A stretch of 64,000 bases of DNA. Origin: Laetmonice hystrix. Taxonomy: Eukaryota. The position numbers and the translations under genes were made by a program. Shown here piece by piece: positions 1 to 14,200 of the stretch. The stretch's first letter is position 1, and the number at the start of each line of letters is the position of its first letter. Location of the stretch: positions 15,316,001 to 15,380,000 of the forward strand of contig OZ249436.1 of the NCBI GenBank assembly GCA_965235115.1, written 5' to 3'. Under the pieces are notes generated by a model. The model saw only the letters and a program-made list of their open reading frames with translations. It did not search any database and was not told where the DNA came from.

Positions 1-2280
1 CACCCAACCCATTCCCAAGGAAATTTGGCACCTGAAGATGGAACACTACATACACTTTGGTACTATTTGAGACCGTAAAAAGTGCAGGCAGTCTGTTCAT
101 TTGCCTCACATTGTCCCAGGTATGACATTCCTATCTTATATCCTTATTTATCTATAAATATGCTCAAATATCCAACAAACGACATGTTAAGACGAGCGGT
201 TCCATGACGCTGATTTCTTACAGTTAAAATCTCACTTCATGTCTAAGATGCATTTCTATAAGTCTTTCCCAACATGACTAGCACCTCTCGCCACTGAAAT
301 CCAGGTTTAAAGGGAAACAAAAGATCACACAGCAGTGAGAATGAGAAGTTAGACAAAAGTTGGAATTAGGGGATGAGGAATGTGTCAAGAGCTGATTTCT
401 TATGACAGATAGATCATAATTAGAGTACAATCAGCCCCATATTTAAAGGCTTAAATCTAGTGATGACCTTTTAGCTGTTTCAACATGGTTGGATATCCGC
501 TCTCATTTTAAAATCTCAACAAATAGACACTGATCTCAAGTACCGGCACTACGAATTTTGATGGGGGAAAGATTGATACATGACAAAATTAATACCTCAC
601 AAAATCAATACGCCCGCATGCCTGATCGCACAAACGGTCACCTAAGCCTTACTACGGACAGCCACCTGCCCCCAAAGTTTGGAACAAATGACTGAAACTC
701 AAGGTAGCTTTTTATGCGGTAACGCATTAAAGTAAGCAGAAGCACTTGCGGATCTTTCCTTTTACATTTTACTTACATATCACTGAAAATTGGTAGGAAA
801 CCTAAAACCATCTCAGTGCATTTTACTTATATATAGTACCCCGGTATATATTACTCGTAATTTTGCTTTCTGTGAGACCTAACACTACATCCTTGGCTTG
901 CATGAGGCTCATCTTGGCCACACAAAACATACACTCAACACACTTCATTATAAACTTCTCTGTACAGATGCATTTAGGAGCAGTTTTTGTCTGCCCAACC
1001 AGACCCAACCAGAGGGATGTGCACACGTACCAAAACGTCTCTGTGATACAAAATCGTTCAGTCAGTGTATTCATTCCAATTATTGAAGTGCTATGATATC
1101 TTTATGGTTGGTCTGGCATGGCTGTCATTAGATGGGACAGCTTTCAGACGGATACATGTTATTTTGTGAATTTCCTTTTTTTCTTTCGCTTAGGATTCAC
1201 AGGACTATGTAAAAACTTAGTTAATTATCTATACACGGATTATTTGCTAAGCCTGCAAGGTGAAAATTTCACTGAATCGGCCTGTCGTTTGCATCGAGAA
1301 GCCAAGGCTTTTATTGTATAGCTCAGCCTTACAGATTACGAAGACACCTTTGCTCATTCACAAATGTGTGGTGAAAATATGCAAATATAATGTACATATT
1401 ATGATGCAGGCTACCCTTGTACATTGACTGTATCTTATTGTGAAGCTCGCCTTTTCTCACTTTTTCGATATCACTTATATGACTTTGAAGTTTTAATTAT
1501 TGTGCACATATGTATAATACTTTGTGTTGATCATATTTTAGGCCACACCATGTATGGCTCTCATACATTCAACATTCAAAGAAATGGTTTCTATTAGCAA
1601 CAGATATTCATAACAGATTCCTGTTATCAAGTTTGGTGTAATACTAAAATAGTATTTGTACAAGTTTCCATCTTCTCCTGTCCTCCATTAACTTTCTTCA
1701 CTGACAGCACTGATCTCTACCCATGTCATGTCAAACAGCATGCAATATAACCCCATTCTTCAGTGTAGCCGTCATATATTTTACGATCAGCTTGGAGCTT
1801 TACACTTTTGTTTATGCTAGCTTAACAGGTACAACTTCTCTATCAAGGTAAGCACTCTTTTTTTGTTTGAAGTAAAATTAATTTCGGATACAATAGGATC
1901 TGTAGAATTTCCCTGAAATTGTCAGTGACTTACATGGAAATTTACTGTGTTACGTTTACCACTATTAATATTAAAACACCAGTAGCAATACTAAAAGGAT
2001 TTTTAAAGGTGTTTCTGTTTTATTTGATTTCTTTTAATTCCATCTCTAAAATTTTTCAGTTTCTGAAAACATAGCAATATACTTCTGAACCTAAATGATT
2101 ACTTTCTAAGCTGCCACATATCATACATGACATTATGCGTAGTACAGCATGGCTGAAACCCACGCCTGGGCAAATCGGCACCAGTATACCCTACACTCAT
2201 TACAGGTACATAATTTGACAGCTTATTCTGCAGGAAGCAGGACACACTGATCACTTAAAATCTAGTATGCCATTGCCGGG

Positions 2281-5200
2281 TTAAGACTTGACTTCTTTCT
2301 GAAGATGCTGTAGGAACTCGTAGTATGACATGGTCGACTCTGTTCGATCCTCCACCATGTACTGCAGGAACAGCATACGCTGCCGACTGTCATCCCTGTT
2401 GAAATGATTTAGGCTTTTATTAGTTATTTATTATTTATTTATTTATTTATTTATTTATTAGTTATTTAGGCTTTGTTACTTTGCTATGATCTCAGTAACT
2501 TAGAGCCACAGAGCTGCAGTAAACAGTAACTTAAATATAACTCATAAAATAAACAAAAATTTATCTTCAAATTGCTATTATTATAGTTAAAGGGGGAGGG
2601 ATTGTGTGGATGTGTTGTGGTAAATAGGGGAAATACTAAATTACAGTAATTACCACAATAATCAGTTGTTTAGTTTAATAGAATATAGTGGATTTAGGGA
2701 CTGGTGTGAAGTCTGTTGCTCACCTGACCAACTGCAGGCTGGCAGCGAACGGTCTCTGACCATTCAAGTAGTTGATAAATGTGCGTACACGGTCGGATGC
2801 TGGATTGTCAAGTTCAGGCAGTTCAGTCTGAAAAGAATTAAGTGACGATTACACTAACAATGAGGATGAACAGTTTGTGATTTAAATGAGGTTTTTCACT
2901 GCTATTTGTTGTCATATAAATTAGCATTAAAGGATTTATCACCATTAACTAATATAAATAAACAGAGTTGTCAACCATTATTATTTTTCTAGAGTCAGTG
3001 AAACAGTACCAGCATGAATACTTTGCATAATTTTAGCATACTGTGACTGCCACTGGAGTGCATACGTTTTCTGTCACACTTTGAAAATACTCTAATGGCA
3101 GCTGTTTAACATATTATAATAATTATGCTGAAAAGCTACAATAAAAGACACTCTCAATCCATTTATTATAAAGGCTTCTATTCATTGTTTATTCTTAGAG
3201 ACAGATTTTTAGTTTCCTTACCAGTCCATCTGGAATTGAGCCAAAATTGGGCACATCAAGCACCTCTTGGCAGAAGCGGTCGCTGATTGCGCCCCCTATC
3301 CACAGGTACTGACGTGAGCCTGTGTCTAGGATGTAGGCACCATGACGGTCAATATTGGCTGAGGACAACTGGAGCAGCGGCGGCTGGGACACCTGTGTGT
3401 CTCCCTTACTGATGCATTGCTGGAGAAATGAATACAATGGCTGTATGTCAAGTAGGTAGTAACATCACAGAATCAAACTTCGAAAATTAGGTAACTGGAA
3501 AACGTGAAACGTTCTAGCTGACATCTTTTTGCCAATTAATTTGTAACATAATGTAGATGGTTTGAATAGTCATACCCCAACATCATAGATTTAACATTTT
3601 TATGCATACCTTGTCATCGAGGGCATGGACTGGATAGAGATGTGGATACAGTTCTTGGATTAAGTAGCACAATGGTAGTGTTTTACATTCCTCCAATGCA
3701 AGCACTCGGTCATCTAACTTTGTGCTTGATCCAACTCGGAATCCTGACTGTTGAGGCAACATAAATAATGATACTTAACCTTAATATACGTTGTTTGAAT
3801 GTACACCTGGATTCATGGCAAATCTCCAAGCTTTAAATCTGCTACTCATGATGGCATTAATCTTGTCATCTTTTGTGCATTTTAGCTTGCGAATTCATCT
3901 TCAGGTTTTCTAGTATTTGGTATTTATTTTCTTAGTTAGTTGCATGCAGAGTAATGCACATTATCTTCAGACTTCAGTTTGTGAAGAACCTTTTCACCAA
4001 ACAACTTACATATTTCAGCAATGCAAGACAGTAGAGAGGCATGAGACGCAGGGTAAAGCAAACAGGGAGCTGTCCCACTCTCTGGGAGGCTGCTAACGTC
4101 TGTCCATATGCACTGAGCATGTCAATGGATGCATTGATCACAGCATCTCGGGCATCGCCCATTGACTGGGAGATAGACTTGTCTACAGCTGAAAGATGTA
4201 AGAAAACCACCGATACAGCACAAGTCAATCCTTCTGATATTTTTCTTAACCATAGCAATACAAAGAATTCTTCAAACATAATCAAACTAGACTGAAAAAT
4301 ATTTTCCTATCAGACCAGGCAAAAAGTCAACCTATCCAAAAAAAAAATTTCTCATGTTTGACAGAAATCAGGACTCACCCATCTTTGCAAGCAGTCCAGT
4401 AATAGCCACTTGGTCAGCACCAACGTACACATCACTAAGAGAGTTTGTGACAGGCAGACACATTGTATGCACACGAATCCTACGCTCACCTAGACAGAGA
4501 CAACCAATGCAGTGTTACGGGTCATATGTTCTTTCATCGACAAAAATAGTTCCCCCTTATATTGCTCCCATTGTATCCTCTCCTTTGGACATAAAGACTG
4601 TTGTCTTGCCTTAATCTACAAAATAAGGATTATTTATTATCCTTTATTCAAATAATGTTAACTAATTTGGTAAGTTTAAAGACAATTTGCCAACCTTTAC
4701 TGGAGGTGTACAAGAGGGCGGCTTGGAAGGTTGCAGTGGCAGACTCCAAGGTATCCTCTATAGACATCTGCATTCCAAACCCTGCGTCTGGGTTGATGTT
4801 AGGGAGTGACAGGAGGTCCGTTGATCGCACAAAGAAGTTGCCATGGAAAGTGTGAATACTCAAACCTAAGGGGGGAAAACAGATAATAGCAGTGTCTCTC
4901 CACCTATAAAATATCTCATGTCAAATATAAATGCCTTCAAGTATTTCAGATAAAATATATTATATATATTATATCCAAATCATTGGATTGATAGATAATC
5001 TTGTCTGGACTAGTTACTAACCCTACCTAGTATAACTCTGTTTAAACCATAGAACGTGTAACAAGTGTTACAGTTCTATGGTTTAAACCAATATGTGAGA
5101 CTAACAGTTCTGATAAGCTGCAAGCTGCAAATGAGGATTGATCCTAGAACAAAATTGTTTGCATTTGTACCTCGTGTACACCTGATCCTCATAACAGCCT

Positions 5201-8200
5201 CAAAGCCTATTTTACGTATGAAGTAACGTCTCAATGTGGCCTCCAGGCGGTCAGTCTCGGCTGGGTTTTTAGCCGTATGAAGTCCCGGGAAGTAATGAAG
5301 ACATCCACCAGAGTACTTCGAAATACATGCTAAATAAAAGAGGACAATATGTATATCATTCACTCAAACGCATACCGTTAAAGGTCAGCTTCGTAGTAAA
5401 AAGTGGACTTAAAGCCCTAGCTCATCTAAACTGGTAATGTCTAAAAGACTTAAAATATATAAGGCAAATATAAATTACCTTAGATGAATATTTGGGACAG
5501 TATGAAGTCACTTTACTGCTTGTGCAACAGGCTATTTTCCAATCACAAGCTCACTAAGCTTAACTTGAATGTTTTATACGTGACCAACAGACACTTACCA
5601 ACAGTAGAGAGATCCGCATACTGAGTGTTGAGCATGAAGAGGTCGACTGCTATCTGCTGAGCTGAGCAGTCCAGTGATAACTTTTTGTAGAAGTCAGTGG
5701 CTGGACCCAAATGTTGAATCTTCTGGAAATTCCAATGACACATCTCAATGTTATGGCTTTAGGTTGCTGAGCGATTACAAGTGTAGACCAAGCTTAAGAT
5801 AATTAGAGATGTGTATTTTGTATAATTGGGCGACTATTATACTGACCCCACCTCCCTATTTTGTGTACCGGTATTTTACTTCAGGAGGTTTTTCAAATTC
5901 ATTAAAAGAACGTCGTTCACTTATTTTACAAGCATAATTGGATTACCTTTCCAGCACGTTCATTGGGATCCTCCCGAGTTTTCAAAGCACCCGGACCAAC
6001 GGATGGAAGTTGAGTTTGGAAAACAGACACCCTGCCTCCAGTCGCAACCTGCACCACAGAGAGCAATTGTAAATCATGTCACTCACTTCAAACCAACTGA
6101 GGCATAAATACATGAATGATCTGGATCCAAATCAGAAATTGCTAAACAAAGGATGCATCATGCTAACACTACACAATATGTACTGAACTATCCTCTTTAT
6201 GGTCGACCTGTATGACTTTGGAATTTAAAAATCTCCTAACTATGGCTTCCATAGCTGCCAAACAAAAATCTTTATCTCTTATGAACATGCTAGATTTAGA
6301 TTATTCGGTGGGCTAATCATAAGCCACTTCTTGAATAGGACACCAGATCAAAACCGAAGTTGAGGTGTATATTGCATGTAAAAATGATAAATAAAGAGAC
6401 ATCTGATCTGTACATAATCGGATTAGTTCAGAAGGCAATAACTACAGAGCATGAAAAGTGGCCAAGGGAATTCGCAATATTTTTTGTCCATCAGAACATT
6501 AATCTCGTCACTGTGACCTCTACATCAGGGCTGGATCTTCCCACTCATCCAGTTGTCTGACACAAGTCAGTTTGGGGCCGGAGGAGTATGTTTAATTTTG
6601 CTCCATTTATTTTACGCCGTTGACCTTTGGGCATAGTCCAGCCTTTCTCAAACAGTTCAGCCGGCCCAATGGCATTTCATGAGTCTGGCTCATGGCAGGA
6701 CATTCATTCACAGCTGCCACCAACTGGTGTGTCACCACACTTGCTAGCCGAGTGGTCCATTTTTTTCCCTGTGTTTAACATGTCCCGGCTGGCTCACTGC
6801 TACAGTGTCCCTTTTCAAGCAACTTGTCTGGTGGGTGAGCAGCTCAAGAATGCTGAAGATCCGGCCCTGTACATTCATTGACACACAGTTTTCCTGTAAG
6901 CGGGAGTGGACAACAGTGCTGAGTAAGGCTTTGTAGGAGGAGTCCATGCATGGGAATGAGCTACTCACACTGCTGCCTTCCCACTCTCCTTTCTATAAAG
7001 AGAGCCAAAAAATTCACATAATTTTGCTCCCGCATTAATTTTGAAATAACAAACAAATAAAAGTGGGTTACTGCCAAAGTCAGGTGACCGCTCAATGAGC
7101 ATTGGCTATGTTAGCATTCTGAAATTATTGTAACTAGTTACTTTGTAACTGCTTTTGTCAACAACCCATTGTAAGAAATCTTATGAGCCAGAACTGAATT
7201 AATTTTTCTCTTGATGCCATTTTTGAAGTTTGACTCTTTTTGCCAACCCAAGCCACTGGTGTTGGCTGAGACTGAGATGGGGTGAGAGTAGTTTGTTAGC
7301 CATTAGTCAGGTTCTAGGGGCTCTATGGTCTCCTATTTTCAATAATCAAAAATTCTTATTTTTGTTAGAAGCCTGTCAGGCCCTAAATAACTTCCATGCA
7401 AGCAGTAGTTTAGATCTACAGGTAGATTTATTCTACAGGCTAAGCCTTAGGCTGCAGATTTTAAGTTTTTGCCCTACTAATGTTCTAATATTATTTTTTA
7501 TATAATTTTAATATAATTTTTTAATATTATCTTGTCTACATCAAATAAAATGCTGACCACACTGTTTCAAAATCCAAATTTTATAATGGGAAACCTAACC
7601 ATTCAATAACAAATAAATAAATCTTATGCAAGTCAAGATTTTCTAATATTGCCACTAATACCAAGAATTAGTGGCAATTTTCCTTAAATGTGTAAAATCT
7701 TGAAATAAATTGTTGCGCACTATCTAAAATATAGTGAAGAAAAAGATTTCAATAGAGTGCAGATGTGTTACTGAACTTAGAGAAAAGCAGTAATAAACTG
7801 AACATTGCAAACAGCAGACAAGTCTGACAAGGGGAAAGCAGTGTTTGTACCAGGTCAGAAGTGAAAATCCCACACCTAAGCCGGGGATTGGCAGCCCCCA
7901 ACAGGCGCCTCCACGCCCCCCCCCCCCCCCCCGGGGCAGTGCAGGACTCAGGGGGCAAAGCCCCCTTAAGCTGAATTTGAAGCTGTTGAAACCTTTACAA
8001 TGCCATTCTTGCACCTATATAGATCTATACTTGTCAATATGAAGTCTGTTTATTTTCACTTCATCCTGAGTTTTGCTGGCTAATTACCTCAAAATCTGAC
8101 AACTTAATACAAAATCAATGCTTTTGTTGGAAAATCTGACCCCGTACAAACACTATTAAGATAGACGGCAACTGTATACATTGGGAAATTTTGGCATCAA

Positions 8201-11200
8201 GCTCTGTGCAGAATTACTTACCAGGAGTTTGTATGATGCCTGCAATGCTGCACCAAGTGCATTTCCCGTCTCCATGTTATGTTCGAACATATTCGGTAGC
8301 TGGTTAAGCAGGTCAATGACCAACTCTTTGCACTCACTCAAGTTCACCAAAAGGCTATCAGGACTTGGCAGAAAGACATCTGAAGATGGGGAGGTCAAAG
8401 GTTAAATAGGATTTCTACACAATATAACAATGATCTTTAATCATCATATTGCAGGATCTTTAGTCCAATTTTAGGAAGAAAAACGTTTTAATTTCTATTT
8501 AAAAAAATAAATTTGTAATTTTCTTTCAAACCCAGTAATTCTGTGATTCTATTGATTTCCACTAACATGATGAAATTTCACAACTCAGTTGACATGAAGC
8601 TGCACCCAGTTATGCAATATATGGGGACTTCTGTTCATACTAATACTCACCATCAATATCAGAAACCACCAACATCTGTGGCTGAGAAAGTCCCTCAGAG
8701 AGATTGTAAAAATGAAGAGCACTGTCAAAGGTGACAAAACCGATCTGTGTGCGTGCATCACCTGGGATCCTGTCCAGTTCTTCAAGCAATGTCTGGCAGA
8801 ATACAGACAGGTAACCTGCATGATAAAAACAACTCTTAATTTACAGAAATACAATAGTATCAACTACTGTTAATTACAATATGTGTGGTACAAGATAAAC
8901 AATTACCTGTATATCAAAATTTTACCTCAAAATTTTACCTCAAGTATCCTTCAAAGAAATGTACACTCAAATGACATTTTACTTTCCACTTACCTGTCGA
9001 TATGGCATTGAAAGACACATCAAGCACATACAAATACACTGCCGGTTGTGGAGGCCTCAACTGGAAACATAAAAAACGTACCTCCATCATGTCATGCAGT
9101 TTAATTTTTTTTAACATACAAATGTACACCTATCACTCCCAATTCCTAATTATGCACGATTCTTTTGTATGATTCTTTCCTCCAGCATTGGAAGGATTCT
9201 ATAGCAGAAAACAAAGCCTATTTATTGCTGGATACCCACCATGTATTCTGAAGGTGCTATGAACTCTATGGTTGCTGAACGAATCTCTGGCCTCCTCTGG
9301 GGTTCCCCGTATGACTTGCTGACTGGGTCATAATTGAACTCATCAGGCACTGCAACAGGATAACCCGTGAGTGCTTTGAGTGTCAACTAACTTCCATACA
9401 TAGCATTTAATGTGAGATTTCTGCCCAAGTCTTAGGACTGTAAAGTACTGAAAAACCAATTAAATGAAAGAAAGGGCCTACTTATCTGCATTTTTGAATG
9501 AACAAGAAATGATTTCATTTGGGCATAGATGAGCAGAGCCACAACGCATCACAAACATTTCTCAAGGTCCCTCTGCTGGAATATCTATTGATACTTACAT
9601 TCATTAATCCTGTAGCACAGGTTGCATTTCCACCGCCTCATATCCACAAACGTTACAAAGGGATTTATGTATGTTCTACATGACCTACATCGGACTATTA
9701 CACTAGACTGGACCACAGGCAGTTGCTGGAAATAGAATGCTATCATTTAACGACTCCATGGCATGAACACAAAGTAAGAGAATATGTTAGTTGGCTATAA
9801 CAACAGGGCTCGAATTAACCGGATTCGCATTGCAATTTGCATGCCAAAATCAGTCTATTGCGAATCAAATTAAGAGATGAGTCGCAAAATATTGCTTATT
9901 CCCGCTTCTACAAACCAGATAACTCAGTAATTATTGCAAATCAAAATTTTTCAAGTATTTCGAGCCCTGAACAATATATCCTAAACAGGGGTTTATAAAT
10001 ACTACTGGCATAAATAAATCCCGTTATATTGGAGACTTGTTATAGAATATGAGAATAGCAAAATTAAGAAACTTATACTTACTGATAAATCCCTAAATGG
10101 ATGAATTAGAATTCCTAATGGCAGCCTTGACTTATTGAGTAATGACTGAGACTGTGGCAATGTGCTCAGTGTACATCTGAAGATGCTGGAAAAACATAAC
10201 ACATTTTTATGTTACTTATGTCCATCTTTTTAGACAGCAGTATTCAATCCGAAATCATAAACACTGTTAACTTTAAAAGCAGCATTGGGTAAAACCTGGT
10301 TTGTGAACCAACTGAGAAGTTATACTTCTTGGTCTGAACATGTTGGTTCTAGATGAGCAGGATTGACACAATATCAGAAATACGTTTAATTTGTTACTTA
10401 CTCTGGATTTACGTTGACCTTTTTGTAGTCATGTGGTAGCTTGGGATGGACAGTTTCCACACCATCTGTGGGGATCAGGCGCCTCTCTTGCATCAAGTTG
10501 ATAGGTCGATCTGGTGTTGTGACTGTCTGCCCCATGTGCAGGTTGTTGAACGAAGTATTCATACTGTTGACATTGTTTAGAGTATTGTTGGGCATGTAAC
10601 CCATGTGTTGGGGCTGTCCTACTGTACTGGTCATTGTGTTTGGCGCTGCCCCTGGTTGTGGTGGTGGTACTTGTGCATTTAGTCCAGGCGACTATTTCAA
10701 CAAAAGAAAACAAATATTTTAGTTGTCGAGGTAAGAACAGCCTAAGGGAAAGCTGGTTGTTGACCTGCAACTGACTTGGATAGCCAATGAAATTCATTGG
10801 TTCATCGGCCAAGGAATTTCAATTGGTGGTCCAAGTAAATGCCAGGTCAACAACCAGCCATGAGGCGTTCACTTCATGACGACAGCAGGCAACTGGAACG
10901 TTGAATTTAATTAGATTTCTCCATTTCCGTGGGTATACATTTATTGATTTACAGTCTAAGGCCTTACCTAACCTAACAGCCCATGTTTTAGAGTCATTGG
11001 AATGTGAGATACTCTGTGATTGCTTTAAAATGAATTGGCTCACATATAATGCTTGGAAATACAGTGTTCGGGTAGTTCCCACAGAATATGACGACTTTCA
11101 TAAAGTTATACATGTTATATGACCAAACTACCAAAGCAAAAAATACATCTACCAGCCAGTCGATTATTAAAATACTGATTCTTTAGGGTTGGCCATATTG

Positions 11201-14200
11201 GTAGGTACATGTATTAGCTACCAGAAAACAATTTTTTGGCAAGAAGCACAACATCCCTCTGGTCAAAAAACCACTGCAGGCAGGGGATCCAAAATATCTC
11301 TTTATGTACAGACTCTCTTCAATTATAACTTTTTCTTGACTGACCTTCCTTTACTTGTCCGATTACTATGGATAAGTTTATGAAAACCAAGCCACGCAAG
11401 AAGGTAAAGCAACAGAAATTTTTCTTTTTTGACCAGAATACAAACACTAAATCATGACCTGAGAACTAATGGTGAGTTTTAGCGCAGCTGCACAGTGAAA
11501 CAGGGGAGTAAGGTCTCAGGAGTAGTGAAGAGACTAACATATTGTTGTTGCCATGGCTGCTGCAAGGCCGGGTACTGCTGATGATGGTGCTGGGCCATAG
11601 GTCCAGGACCACTGGCCGGAGAGACGCCCATCTGGCTACCAGGGGGCGCCATGGGTTGAGTAAGGCCACTCTATTACACACAAGTAGAGCAGCGTCTAAG
11701 AAGTATATCCTGGCACAGATTACACATGCCTGAGTTATCTCTCATTAGCAATCATTACCTACGATCCTAAATAAAATTGTATTATGCATAAACCTTTCAC
11801 TGTGGATAACAAGAAAGTGAGACTATGCAGTCTGTCAAGACTATGCAGTCTGTCAGAGTCTGTGTTATCCTCACACTCCTTACAGGCGCAGGCACACATC
11901 TCCTCCTCCATCCACACACACCCGACATACATGGACACAGGAGATTGGGACGACTTTTTGTCCCTGTTTCCTACCATCTGTGGGTATTGCCTTTTGCCGG
12001 CGATTCCCCCAATCCTGGACACGTCTTGGTTCTGTAATAAGTCCTGCTGAAAGCCCTGTTGCCCTAAGGGTGGCCCTGGCGGTGGCCCCTGCGACCCTGC
12101 AGGTGGTCCCTGAGGCCCAGGAGGTGGACCTGGAGGACTACCCACTTGCTGCCCAGGCCTGGGGGGTCCCTGGCTCCACGCAGCCACACCCGGCTGTTGT
12201 CCTCCTTTAGCAGAGAGCATCCACATTAAACCATGAAAAGCATAAAATTTCAATGAAGTGTATGACAAAGAAGATTTAGTGTTAAGTCTTACTTAATGTT
12301 TAGTAACCCGATTTGGTGAATGCAGTGCAGATAAGCCATAAAACATGACTCACCTTCCAATGCATCATAGTTGACCCCTGGTACTGGTGACGGTGCCCGA
12401 GACGACTTTTGGGAAACAGGTTCTTTTTAAAACAACACAAATGTACATAAAGTTGTTACATGGATGCCAGAGTAAGCTTTTAGCGTTTTAATCAATGGTT
12501 TAGATGGTAAATTTCGTACCATAACCAAGATATCTGTCATTTGCACATGGAGTACACACTAGGTCTAGGCCAATGTCTATTCCTCTGACATCTGGGTTTA
12601 AAATTCAGCACCACAATACGAGCATGGCATACTGGTACTATCCTTTGTTGACCCCTTAGTCAATCCATTTCCAGGCCCATCCATTAGTTAACTGTAAATT
12701 CTAGGACCCTTCTTGATTCTTCTGTAGTGGTAATCACAATGAACTGTTTGTTTATACAAGCCTCCTAGGTCAGCACACAACCATATACCATTTTATTTGT
12801 TGTATTCATTTTAAAGGGGAAATCAATTCCCATATTTTTAATTATACATGAAACAACAGACTGCCACAGATATTTGGACCTGGGATCAGGCATAAATCCT
12901 ACTGTTTATTATTATGTTACATGAGCGACAACTCATTCCTATCGATTGGCTAACAAAGTCAATGTCTATGAGGAAATGCCTAAAGGCAGAGAGTTTGGAC
13001 CCTGCTTCCTAATCGTATACCAGGCCATTGATTGGTGTGGTGTAAATTTGATACATTTTACATTTATAAGTAAAGATATGTGTCCCCATGGAATTGCCTT
13101 CTTTGAATATTTCACGACACGAAAACATAGGAAATCTGCTGTATAATCAGTATAATTCTTATTTGGCATCAGTACAAATCACAAGATGGAAAACTGACAC
13201 CAAAATCTATGATTATGAGAAACTGTTTAATCACGGACAGTGTCTAACTAGTAGTTAGTGTACTGTTAGTCTACTGGCCGAGGCCTCAAACTCAAAGGTT
13301 AAAAAACAATGTTTGGAATCACTTTGCAGATTAATATACATGATTCAGTATTGATTAAAGTACTGTATATGTAATTTGTAGGACAAGCAGAGCTTTACAA
13401 GTGTAAGACGACCCCCTCGGCCCTATGACCCAAGACAAGAGGCAGACATAGGTATGCTTGAGTACTGTAGCCACAGATTATTCTTAGGACGCGTCATTAT
13501 CAGTTAAAAAATTCCATTTTAGAACAATTTTTCCCCTCTTCCCCAGTCTGGTGACCAGCGGTAGCGAGATGATCCCCCGGAAACTTACTTCTCAACACCA
13601 AAACACATCAAAATATGCCAAACTTCCTCCTAAGATGTAACAGCTAAATTAGTCTAAGACCGACCTGAGTTAGTAGGAGTTATGGCTGAAGTTAATCTCG
13701 AGCTGATGCCTGCAGGGTTCAGTTGGTGAGAGTACTGCCCTTGGCCAGCAAACGGTACCGGCAACTCTGTCCTCGAACCTAAAACAACAGCATTTAGCCC
13801 TTTGGCATCAAAAACATGCATAATTTATAAATATTGTCCAAAATATTTTTTTTTATACCTGCTGGTACCAGAACAATGAAATCTTTCCCACCCACCACAG
13901 AGAAAGCCCAACTTGTCCTCAATTATCCAATATTGCTTTTGAGTGATATGGTCACAAAGCTACTCTTGAAAGTTATCAGTACAGATCATTTACTTTACAA
14001 AAACATTTCATAGAAACTTTTATATAAATTTTTGTTGCTTTTGTAGTAACTTTATATATGTATCATTCCAGTACTTAGCAGATTGTAGTATTTCTGTGCT
14101 AGGCCAATATTCTACAGCCACAATGGGCATATAAAATCTGTGAAAGGCACACAGCTTTATCACTGGAATGACATGTAATTTTTGCCCCATGGTGATTCAC

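Noticed and set aside
1..2280. Short ORFs at 823-1321
   Set aside because: No recognisable domains or splice structure; consistent with the SEC24 3' UTR or downstream DNA.
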